From NCBI GenBank assembly GCA_046753765.1, contig JBHHUN010000005.1:4430-68429 (forward strand): a stretch of DNA of 64,000 nucleotides, in the 5' to 3' direction. The position numbers and the translations under genes were made by a program. The stretch comes from Candidatus Dojkabacteria bacterium (GTDB lineage: Bacteria; Patescibacteriota; Dojkabacteria; B142; OLB20). Positions 8,876 through 16,867 of this stretch are shown piece after piece (position 1 is the first letter of the stretch; every line of letters starts with the position of its first letter). The notes beneath the pieces are model-generated. The model searched no databases. It saw nothing but the letters and a program-made list of their open reading frames with translations, and had not been told where the DNA came from.

Positions 8876-9790
8876 TTACGCTCGAAATTTTCTCCTCCCT
8901 TTTCCCGTACCTTCCCCAATTTTCACGTACTTATGGTACTCACATAAACAGTTTTGAATATTCGCAAGTGATATCTCACGCTCTGTACCGTCGGTATCCC
9001 TGAGGAAGGGGAAATCTATCCCAAGTCTTGTAAACTCCTGCCGCTGACCCCGCCGAAGATCAAGCATAACGTCAAGAGGTTTCAATTTTGTATTTTTTTT
9101 AAGTAGTATCCCTATGCCACGCTTCGCTCCCGGCCCAGCTTTTGCCCATACATCGTGAGTGAAAGGTAAAATTGATCGGTTGCCGTTAACCCTAAGTGGA
9201 TAAAGGAGATCAACCAGTACCTGATAGGATAGAAATTCTCCGAAACCATAGTTATTCTTTATAGCTTTATAAGCCTCTTGAGGATCTCTTGCAGAGAGAA
9301 TTTTTTGGTAGGTGTTTGCAAAATTTTTCTGTACCAGCTCGAATAAACTTGCGATATTCTCGATCTTGTCACTTGATCCCATCTGAGAAAAACTCGCTAC
9401 CATATAGGCTCCTGTAAATGGGGGCTGCTCCAGCTTGTCCCTGATCTCCTTGAGAACGTATTCCATTTGACCCGAGTCAAAAGTTGCGAGCTTCTGGAAA
9501 CCAAGTCGTGAGTGTGTCTCTTTCCGGCCAATTAGCCGATATATCATGATGTTGAAAATCTTATCAGGGACAGGCTCACGGAGTTCAAGGATAGAGTGAA
9601 TAGCGTACTGGGTTCCCGGGTCAAGCTCGCGGTAAACGTTCGTAAACCGCTCACTCTGCAAAACATAGTCATCGGTCCATGGAGGAGGGAATGCATCAAC
9701 AAAGCGTTTGTACCAGATGGTCTGTCTTTCGCTCACAAACCACCAGAACTGATCGAGCTTTCGCTGTTTAAAGTGTTTTCTGAGGTTCAT
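8876..9790 (-). CDS. Hypothetical protein with conserved-looking Trp/Tyr-rich N-terminus; function unknown
   Basis: 304-aa ORF containing FWWFVSERQTIWYKRFVDAFPPPWTDDYVLQSERFTNVYRELDPG. I could not assign a family from memory. Confidence 0.45.
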   Translation of the reverse strand: MNLRKHFKQRKLDQFWWFVSERQTIWYKRFVDAFPPPWTDDYVLQSERFTNVYRELDPGTQYAIHSILELREPVPDKIFNIMIYRLIGRKETHSRLGFQKLATFDSGQMEYVLKEIRDKLEQPPFTGAYMVASFSQMGSSDKIENIASLFELVQKNFANTYQKILSARDPQEAYKAIKNNYGFGEFLSYQVLVDLLYPLRVNGNRSILPFTHDVWAKAGPGAKRGIGILLKKNTKLKPLDVMLDLRRGQRQEFTRLGIDFPFLRDTDGTEREISLANIQNCLCEYHKYVKIGEGTGKGRRKFRA

Positions 9791-9843
9791 CGAGTCTTAG
9801 TGTGCCTAATTTTAGCACACCGAATATGTTAACCTATCAGTAA

Positions 9844-10551
9844 TTGTTAACTTATCGAAATATGGAAATTAAGGGCAAAAAGATGCTAATTACAGGTGCC
9901 AGTGCGGGGCTGGGACTAGAAACAGCGAAACTGCTTCTGGAGAAGGGAGCGCACATATATGTTTGTAGCAGGGCTTCAAAGAAGTTAGAGGCTGTCAGGG
10001 AAGAGATAACTTCGCTGACTTGTACAGTTTTGGAGTGTGACGTTACAGATGCCAAGGCAGTTGAAAAGTTGGCCGAAGAGGTTGGAGTAGTTGATGTGGT
10101 TATTAACAATGCCGGTGTTTGGCTTGATGGCGAGTTGGAGACGTATAGCTACGAACAGATCTCGAGGGTTATTGATGTCAATCTGAAAGGTGTTGTAAAT
10201 ATCACAAGGGCTTTTTTACCAGCGATGAAAGAGCAAGACTCTGGTTACATTGTGAACGTATCTTCAACATCAGGACTTAAGGGACGTAAAGGAGAGACAG
10301 TATACGATGCGACAAAGTGGGGTGTGAGGGGTTTTACAGAGGCACTAAAGGATGAATTAAAGGAAACAAAGATAAGGGTGGTGGGTTTTTATCCTGGAGG
10401 AATGAACACATCACTATTTAAGAAATCCGGAAGCGAGAGAAACACCTCAGAATTCATGCGCGTACAGGATGTTGCTGAGGTTATTGCGTTTATACTGGAG
10501 CGACCATATTCAATGGTAATTGATGACATAAAAGTCAGTCGGACCAGGTAA
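9844..10551 (+). CDS. Short-chain dehydrogenase/reductase (SDR)
   Basis: Rossmann motif TGASAGLG, an NNAG motif, and a catalytic YxxxK (YDATK). Confidence 0.85.
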   Translation: MLTYRNMEIKGKKMLITGASAGLGLETAKLLLEKGAHIYVCSRASKKLEAVREEITSLTCTVLECDVTDAKAVEKLAEEVGVVDVVINNAGVWLDGELETYSYEQISRVIDVNLKGVVNITRAFLPAMKEQDSGYIVNVSSTSGLKGRKGETVYDATKWGVRGFTEALKDELKETKIRVVGFYPGGMNTSLFKKSGSERNTSEFMRVQDVAEVIAFILERPYSMVIDDIKVSRTR

Positions 10552-10939
10552 TCAGTTTTTCGCTCCAGATCAAGATAATAGTGCACTTTGATTCGTTGAA
10601 CTTCCCGATAACAAAATTGATCAAGCCAGTCTCAGAGGGTATTGAAATTTTCCTCCGCTATAAATATAATCATATATGGAGGCTGCAATCTATTCCCCAC
10701 AACATGAAGCCCATTCGCAAGGAGAAGATTTCAGACGGCCACATCCATTTAGAGGGGCACTGTTAAAACTTTGTGCCGAGCCTGACTTTGGAACAACAAG
10801 GCGAGTTCAGGGGCCATTCGATGGACTTCCTTCCCGATCAGATAGTCGAGTCAAGCATAGAGATATGAGGAAGAGGCAAGAACGAAGAAGACACAGAAGA
10901 GGCTCAAGAACAAATGGGGTTTGGTAACTAGACCTGCTC

Positions 10940-11200
10940 TCAATCAAGAGACATCACCGTGAGGCCGTATTTTTCAATATCTTCTGCAGACCAAAACTCA
11001 AGGCTGTTTGTTTTCAAAACGTAGGTAACTTTTTTTTCAATCTCTCTACCGGTGTATTCCTGGGTTTTTGGGTTCCACTCACGAAGAATCAAAGTGTCGC
11101 CCACACTGATATCAAAATCAGTTAACCGCAGGTCAAACTTCTTCTCCCCACTGAGGATCTTTTCAAACATCTCCGGCCAGGTTTTCTTTGCGATCTTCAT
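10940..11200 (-). CDS. DUF3850 / ASCH-like small protein
   Basis: 86-aa protein with KTWPEMFEKILSGEKKFDLRLTDFDISVGDTLILREW, the pattern of DUF3850 (ASCH-like beta-barrel). Confidence 0.6.
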   Translation of the reverse strand: MKIAKKTWPEMFEKILSGEKKFDLRLTDFDISVGDTLILREWNPKTQEYTGREIEKKVTYVLKTNSLEFWSAEDIEKYGLTVMSLD

Positions 11201-11205
11201 TGCTG

Positions 11206-12198
11206 TTACTGGTCACCTTGCAAGAATGAATTGTCAGGTGTTCCCCGCCAGCATCTCGGAATAAAGGGATATTCGCTAGTAATGAAGTATGCGTATGTTC
11301 CGTCGGGGTAGTCAGGTGTGACTCCATTTCTTCCGTTGCACCTGTCCAGATCCCCAGTGCCAGGTTTGAACTCCCAGTCTTCATTGAACGTTCCATCGTG
11401 AACTCCACCTGGTCCACTTTCGCGTTCGCCAGATTTCAGCTGATAGCCTGACTGCAACTCCTTGATACCAGAGCTATCGTCGTCCTTGTCCGTATATCCG
11501 TAAAGCGCATATATTGGGAATCCATCCGCTGCCCAGCCTATCAGAGTGGAGTGCTCGCCACCGGTTTGCTCGGCTATTAACGCAGTAGGGAGTCCATGGT
11601 AGTGATATGCACCGCTGGGTTGTACATGTGCATTGTTTTCGTCTAGCCCAAGATCTATAGCTCCACTGAGTGCGTCGTACTGCCAACCAGAGTTTTGGTC
11701 ATCGTTGTACCATTCATCGGTACCCGGATCAAAGGGGACACCGTTTACTGCGACACCAAAAATACCAAGGGAGACCTCTGTGACAACATCAGCTTTCTCA
11801 GGGTTCAATGTAACCCTAAAATTGTAGTCTTGAACACTAATTGTGTTGGGGTTGCCTACATTGGGGAACTGGCCGGTCTCGTGATCGGGCAGCCCGTTGC
11901 CGGTAATGTATCGAAACTCGTCATCAGTTGTAATTTCAACGGAGGACTGCTCACCAGGTGATACCATTGTCGTTGGTGTAACTGTCGCCTGAGGGGCATT
12001 CTGGTTCTGAGTCTGCCTTCCCTGATATAAGAAGTAGAGCAGGACGGCAATGACGATCCCCAGTATCACTAGTATCACAACAAGAAGTCTAATTAGTCCC
12101 GAGCCCTTCTCTTTTTCGGGTTGATCAGAGAACGGCTGAGTTTTAGACAAGGGTGGTAGTGGCGTGGTTTGTTGCAATGGAGCAGGTTGTTGAGCCAT
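11206..12198 (-). CDS. YHYH-domain protein, TM-anchored, extracytoplasmic
   Basis: Literal YHYHGLP motif, an N-terminal TM anchor and a Q/P-rich leader. The start was moved to MAQQPAPLQ to avoid overlap with the MFS gene. Confidence 0.7.
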   Translation of the reverse strand: MAQQPAPLQQTTPLPPLSKTQPFSDQPEKEKGSGLIRLLVVILVILGIVIAVLLYFLYQGRQTQNQNAPQATVTPTTMVSPGEQSSVEITTDDEFRYITGNGLPDHETGQFPNVGNPNTISVQDYNFRVTLNPEKADVVTEVSLGIFGVAVNGVPFDPGTDEWYNDDQNSGWQYDALSGAIDLGLDENNAHVQPSGAYHYHGLPTALIAEQTGGEHSTLIGWAADGFPIYALYGYTDKDDDSSGIKELQSGYQLKSGERESGPGGVHDGTFNEDWEFKPGTGDLDRCNGRNGVTPDYPDGTYAYFITSEYPFIPRCWRGTPDNSFLQGDQ

Positions 12199-12256
12199 AT
12201 GTAATGATTGACTCCCCACACTATATCGGATCATCAGGAAAACATAAAGGGAGAAA

Positions 12257-13429
12257 TCAGGTGGCGGTTTTGGCGTTGCCACTGAAGAGCAGGCTTGCGA
12301 CCATAAACACAACAAGAAAACCTAGCCCAAGAACCTGCATCACATTTGATGCTCCATTCGTATCAACTAAACTCCCAATGAAGTACGCCATTAACACGTA
12401 GGGGAGTTTTCTGAGTATTGCGAAAGTTGAGAGGGCTGTAGCCCTGTATTTAGAAACCACTGATTGATTGATCGAGTCGGATGCAATAATGTTAAAAATC
12501 GGTTGAATGAAGCTACGCATCCCAATAAAGAAGGTTCCTATCAAGATTCCTATATACGGAGATAAAAGTACTCCGGCAAAGTATGAAAGACCCAGAACAG
12601 CGAAAAGTCTAACCTGTGGAAACCTCTCTTTATATTTTGAGAACAGGTAAGCACCGCTTGCACCAATTAATGGAAGTGCGGCAAAGAGTATTCCCAGGCT
12701 CCTTTCATCGAATCCAAGTTGAATGGCAAAAGCTATATCAAGAAGGTTGTCAAGAACTTCTACCAGCCCAATTACCGCAACGAGCATAATCAATACGTAT
12801 GGGTTAACTTTATGAAGGAGTTGTTTAACACCCTGTTTGTTTTGGCTCAGGTAATTCCTAAAGGAGAATTTTTCGGTATCAATTGGAGGCTCTTTGATGA
12901 AGAACACGATTCCAATAAATCCGAGAAATCCTGCAAGTGCAGTGAGAATAAAGGGTAAGTGAATATCTATTGCGTAAACAAATCCACCGACAGCACTGGC
13001 AATAGCCATAACAAGTAAACCGTAGGTTTCAATCCGAGCAAGAATCATTCCATACCTGTTTTCTTCTCCTTCTGTTTTGAGCGAGTCAAACAGCAGAGCT
13101 TCTGCAGTCCCTGAGTAGAGCGCACTCCCAATCACCATCAGGAACACAGAAATGAACAGTTGAGAGTACGTATCAGACAGCCCCATAACCAGATTTCCAA
13201 GTCCATAGAACAGGAAGGCCATAGCAAGTGTTGGCTTCTTCCCAATCATGTCGGACAGGGCCCCTGTAGGAATCTCGATAACAAAACCAATAAAGAACAT
13301 TGTTGCTTCAAGGAGTCCTATCCCTGCGTAATCCGTAACTCTAAGATAGAACAGCAACCAGATTCCCACCCAGAACCAGGCCGTGTTTAGCGGGAGAACG
13401 AGTTTAAGGGTCTTGATGTTAATTTTCAT
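12257..13429 (-). CDS. MFS-type transporter
   Basis: 390 aa with about 12 predicted TM helices, typical MFS topology. Confidence 0.6.
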   Translation of the reverse strand: MKINIKTLKLVLPLNTAWFWVGIWLLFYLRVTDYAGIGLLEATMFFIGFVIEIPTGALSDMIGKKPTLAMAFLFYGLGNLVMGLSDTYSQLFISVFLMVIGSALYSGTAEALLFDSLKTEGEENRYGMILARIETYGLLVMAIASAVGGFVYAIDIHLPFILTALAGFLGFIGIVFFIKEPPIDTEKFSFRNYLSQNKQGVKQLLHKVNPYVLIMLVAVIGLVEVLDNLLDIAFAIQLGFDERSLGILFAALPLIGASGAYLFSKYKERFPQVRLFAVLGLSYFAGVLLSPYIGILIGTFFIGMRSFIQPIFNIIASDSINQSVVSKYRATALSTFAILRKLPYVLMAYFIGSLVDTNGASNVMQVLGLGFLVVFMVASLLFSGNAKTAT

Positions 13430-13456
13430 TCAGTCGCGATGGCTCGTGTATTAACT

Positions 13457-13543
13457 CGGAGGGGACAGGATTTGAACCTGCGTGGCGCTTTCGCACCTCA
13501 ATGTTTTCGAGACATGACCGTTTGACCACTCCGGCACCCCTCC
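13457..13543 (-). tRNA. tRNA-Ser (anticodon CGA), type II with long variable arm
   Basis: The reverse complement folds as acceptor GGAGGGG/CCCCTCC, anticodon loop CTCGAAA (anticodon CGA), a long variable arm, T-loop GGTTCAAATCC and discriminator G. CCA is not encoded. Confidence 0.8.
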
Positions 13544-13620
13544 ATAGCCGTCATTTTATATCATATGGAGCAATCTAGCTAAATCTGTGATATTATCCGC
13601 ATAGAATGACTGAGGAAAAC

Positions 13621-14049
13621 CTACTTCTGCAACCGGTATGAAACCCTAAGAGAGACCAAGGCAATCCCCAGATAGATCAAAACATACACTGCACCTATCA
13701 GAAGGCTCCCCGCCAACCCATTGACCATGCCAAACTCAGTTTCCAGAATTGGTCCAAGCGAACTGTTAAAGTTTTGATAGTTAGGGGTAAGGTAGAAGAT
13801 CAATACATTGATGCCAATCGCCAGCCCAAGATAAAAGCTGATTGCACCCCAAACAGAAGCAAGGGTGGTTTTTCGATAAATTTCGTTCTTCCTCTGCCCC
13901 TGAAGCATAAGGGGGACGACGGAGCCCTTTAAGAGGGCAAGAATCGGGAATACTAAAATGCTGAAGAAGTGCCCAATTGATCCAAATATCAGTCCTACAA
14001 TGAAATCCAGGACTAGAAGGAGGACAGTGACTAGTTTAGCGATTGTCAT
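13621..14049 (-). CDS. Small polytopic membrane protein, unknown function
   Basis: 142 aa with about 4 TM helices. Confidence 0.45.
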   Translation of the reverse strand: MTIAKLVTVLLLVLDFIVGLIFGSIGHFFSILVFPILALLKGSVVPLMLQGQRKNEIYRKTTLASVWGAISFYLGLAIGINVLIFYLTPNYQNFNSSLGPILETEFGMVNGLAGSLLIGAVYVLIYLGIALVSLRVSYRLQK

Positions 14050-14206
14050 ACCTTATTTTCGCGTAAATCCCGATAGTTGTATAGCCTGGATGGCGAGTTG
14101 TAGCCTTAACGCCTTATGTAAGTGGTTTTTGGGCAATCACAAAGGCTGCGGGTTGAAGGATTGTTTCGCCTGCCTCCGAATCCTCCATGAAAAAGTTTTC
14201 ATCAGA

Positions 14207-14283
14207 TGGTGCGCCTAGCAGGACTCGAACCTGCAACCTCATCTTCCGCAAAGATACGCTCTATCCAGTTGAGCTATAGGCGC
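14207..14283 (-). tRNA. tRNA-Arg (anticodon GCG), CCA encoded
   Basis: The reverse complement GCGCCTATAGCTCAACTGGATAGAGCGTATCTTTGCGGAAGATGAGGTTGCAGGTTCGAGTCCTGCTAGGCGCACCA folds as a cloverleaf with anticodon loop TTGCGGA and the A20 Arg identity element. Confidence 0.75.
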
Positions 14284-14331
14284 AAATATATCATTTAATA
14301 GGTGATCTGAGATTATACCTCACGTAGGCAT

Positions 14332-15018
14332 CTATTTTGAAGCCTGTTCGGTGGTGTTCCTACCTTTGTGTTTTGGAGAATCCTTTGGATCTTTTGTTTT
14401 AACAGAGGAATCCAAGAGAAATTGTATCAGTGGTTGGTATTCGCCCTGAGTGACCCTAAAGAAGATATTGTTGCCCACCTCAGTAGACGAGAGGTAGTCG
14501 ATGTGTTGAACAAGATAGGTAACTACTTTTTTTAGATCGGCCTCTCCCTTCAAGACAACGACTCTCTCAGTAGTAAGTGAGGTTGGCTTTGGCCTGACCT
14601 CAAAATTCATGAGCAGGTGTCTGCCCCTTCGGACTACGAAAAAAGAATCAATGGTGCGCCATGTGAATAGCTGTCCGTGAGATTTTAGGCCCTTATTGGT
14701 CACTTCGTGTTGGACGGTTTTTGCAGGGATGGTATTAAGGGCATAGATAAAAAAGATGACTGCAATTACTGCGATGATGAGCCCGAAATTATTGGTTAGT
14801 GCTGCGTAAACAATGATCACAAGAGCTACTCCGGCAACCATTACGTACCAGTTTCTATCTTTGGGTTCGTGAATACGTTCAGGTGCGCTCCATTTATAGA
14901 TACTTTTGAGTGATTCTGCCTCTTCGAGAAGGATCTCGCGTTGCTCCTTGGCGAGCCTGATCTCCCGATCGAGCTTGGCCATCTCTTTCTCGTTTTGTTT
15001 TTTTGTGTCCTTTGCCAT
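14332..15018 (-). CDS. Membrane protein with coiled-coil N-terminus and bacterial PH-like C-terminal domain (tentative)
   Basis: Likely start is MAKDTKKQ. A TM hairpin precedes a C-terminal region resembling bPH_2/DUF304. Confidence 0.35.
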   Translation of the reverse strand: MAKDTKKQNEKEMAKLDREIRLAKEQREILLEEAESLKSIYKWSAPERIHEPKDRNWYVMVAGVALVIIVYAALTNNFGLIIAVIAVIFFIYALNTIPAKTVQHEVTNKGLKSHGQLFTWRTIDSFFVVRRGRHLLMNFEVRPKPTSLTTERVVVLKGEADLKKVVTYLVQHIDYLSSTEVGNNIFFRVTQGEYQPLIQFLLDSSVKTKDPKDSPKHKGRNTTEQASK

Positions 15019-15067
15019 GCGTTGTGGTACTACTGATATTCTAGTCTGGCGTAGGGGGGATTGCAAG

Positions 15068-15808
15068 CTAAATTGCGATGAGGAACAACAGTACGATTGA
15101 GGCAACATTTAGCCCGTAGAGGTAGAGAATATTCTTGCGCCGCTCAAGCCACTTTTTGTTGCGCTTCAACGATGATTTAAACTTTCCCGGTATCTTACCC
15201 TTTACAATCTTTTTATAGGACTCGCTGATTATCCTTTCTCCACCGGGGACGGCAATTAAGAAGTACTTACTCGGAAGATCCTTAAAGAAGGTAAACAAAA
15301 AAATGCCAAAGGCGACTCCGACCACGGGGGACCTCCAAAATTTAAGCTTATCAAAACCCTCGTATGGAGCGTCCTTTACAGCTCCCCCGATTGCAACTAT
15401 TACCCCACCAACAAGGGCCAGCCACAGGTTGTCAGCACTGAAATCAATAACAAAGAAAGTAGCCAAGAGGAAAGCAATCAGCAGGACTCCCAAGACAAAT
15501 TTGATACCGTAGTTAAGTTTAAAGTTTAGGTCAGAGGGGATTTGGTACTTACTTTGATCTTCTCTCCGAAGGAGCGCTTTGTATATTTCGGTAAGGCTTC
15601 TTTCAAAGGCGATCACAAGTAGTGTAACTATAAAAATTGGGAGGTTAGGGTTGAGTAGATAGAGGTAAATTGCAACAAATCCACCGATCACAAGGCTTCT
15701 TGCCACCTTGATGCCCTCAAATTTTTCCACCAACAGGTCGCCGTATACCCCCCAAAGGATTGCATTTGAAGAGCCAATAATGCCTGCGACAAGATAGGCG
15801 AGAAACAT
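15068..15808 (-). CDS. Polytopic membrane protein, unknown function
   Basis: 246 aa with at least 6 TM helices. Confidence 0.45.
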   Translation of the reverse strand: MFLAYLVAGIIGSSNAILWGVYGDLLVEKFEGIKVARSLVIGGFVAIYLYLLNPNLPIFIVTLLVIAFERSLTEIYKALLRREDQSKYQIPSDLNFKLNYGIKFVLGVLLIAFLLATFFVIDFSADNLWLALVGGVIVAIGGAVKDAPYEGFDKLKFWRSPVVGVAFGIFLFTFFKDLPSKYFLIAVPGGERIISESYKKIVKGKIPGKFKSSLKRNKKWLERRKNILYLYGLNVASIVLLFLIAI

Positions 15809-15878
15809 CGATCTAAGGCTAAATATTAGTGGTTTGCTTTGTTATAATAGCATATCTAGTTTTCAAATATAACAGACA

Positions 15879-16844
15879 ATGCCGGCCGATAAAAGAAGCA
15901 GAAAGGGGAGTTTGATTTCGTTGGTTGCGCCAGTTTACAACGAGCAAGGTGGGATTGAAAAGTTCCGGGAGAGAATGGTTGGTGCGATGGAAAAGGCGAA
16001 GATAGATTTCGAACTCATATTCATTAATGATGGAAGCAAAGATGACTCGCTGCTGCTGTTGCTTCAGATGGCTCAGAAAGATAAACGTATAAAGGTAATT
16101 AACTTCTCGCGTAACTTCGGACACCAGATAGCTGTGAGTGCCGGGATGGATTATGCCAGTGGCGATGCCGCTGTCATAATAGATGCAGACCTACAAGATC
16201 CACCCGAGGTTGTTCCGGACCTTGTTGCTCGATGGGAAGATGGGTACGAAGTTGTAAATGCGCTTAGAAAAACAAGGCAGGATAGCATTTTTAAGAAGTT
16301 CACAGCAGATATGTTTTATCACGGTTTGAATATGCTGCTCAGTTATAAGATCCCTGAGAATGTTGGAGATTTTAGGCTTCTGGATCGTAGACCGTTAGAC
16401 ACAATTAAGAGGATGAGAGAAAGAGACCGCTATATCAGAGGAATGACCAATTGGATCGGTTTTGATCAGACACTTGTTGGGTATGACCGTGACAAGCGTT
16501 TTGCAGGTAAAAGCGGATATCCGCTAAAAAAGATGCTCGCACTGGCTTCGAATGCACTGTTTTCATTTTCAAATTTCCCCCTTAAGATGGCGCATCTGGC
16601 ATTTGCAACGTTCTTCTGTCTCGCCATTCTGGTCTCGATCTACGCAGTACTCATGAAACTGGGAGGATTTAACGTCCCCGGTTGGACATTCCAGGTGCTG
16701 ATTACGGTACTGTTTGGAACGATCCAGATGTTCGTGCTTGCCATCATAAGTGAATACGTAGGAAGAAGTTACAGGCAGGGTCAGGATAGGCCGCTTTATA
16801 TCGTTTCTGACACTACAAATCTCGAAGAAAAGAAAAGCACTTGA
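15879..16844 (+). CDS. GT2-family polyprenyl-phosphate glycosyltransferase (GtrB/ArnC/DPM1-like) with C-terminal TM helices
   Basis: ISLVAPVYNEQGGI, FINDGSKDDS and IIDADLQDPPE (the DxD region); two C-terminal TM helices. Confidence 0.85.
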   Translation: MPADKRSRKGSLISLVAPVYNEQGGIEKFRERMVGAMEKAKIDFELIFINDGSKDDSLLLLLQMAQKDKRIKVINFSRNFGHQIAVSAGMDYASGDAAVIIDADLQDPPEVVPDLVARWEDGYEVVNALRKTRQDSIFKKFTADMFYHGLNMLLSYKIPENVGDFRLLDRRPLDTIKRMRERDRYIRGMTNWIGFDQTLVGYDRDKRFAGKSGYPLKKMLALASNALFSFSNFPLKMAHLAFATFFCLAILVSIYAVLMKLGGFNVPGWTFQVLITVLFGTIQMFVLAIISEYVGRSYRQGQDRPLYIVSDTTNLEEKKST

Positions 16845-16867
16845 GTATATTTCAGAACTTTCTTTAG

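Noticed and set aside
10676-10927. 83-aa Arg/His-rich ORF in the 10.55-10.94 kb gap
   Set aside because: Low-complexity, purine-rich sequence with no start context and no motif; more likely non-coding.
13958-14218. 86-aa ORF overlapping the tRNA-Arg gene
   Set aside because: It overlaps a well-folded tRNA and the end of a membrane-protein gene, and has no motif; spurious.
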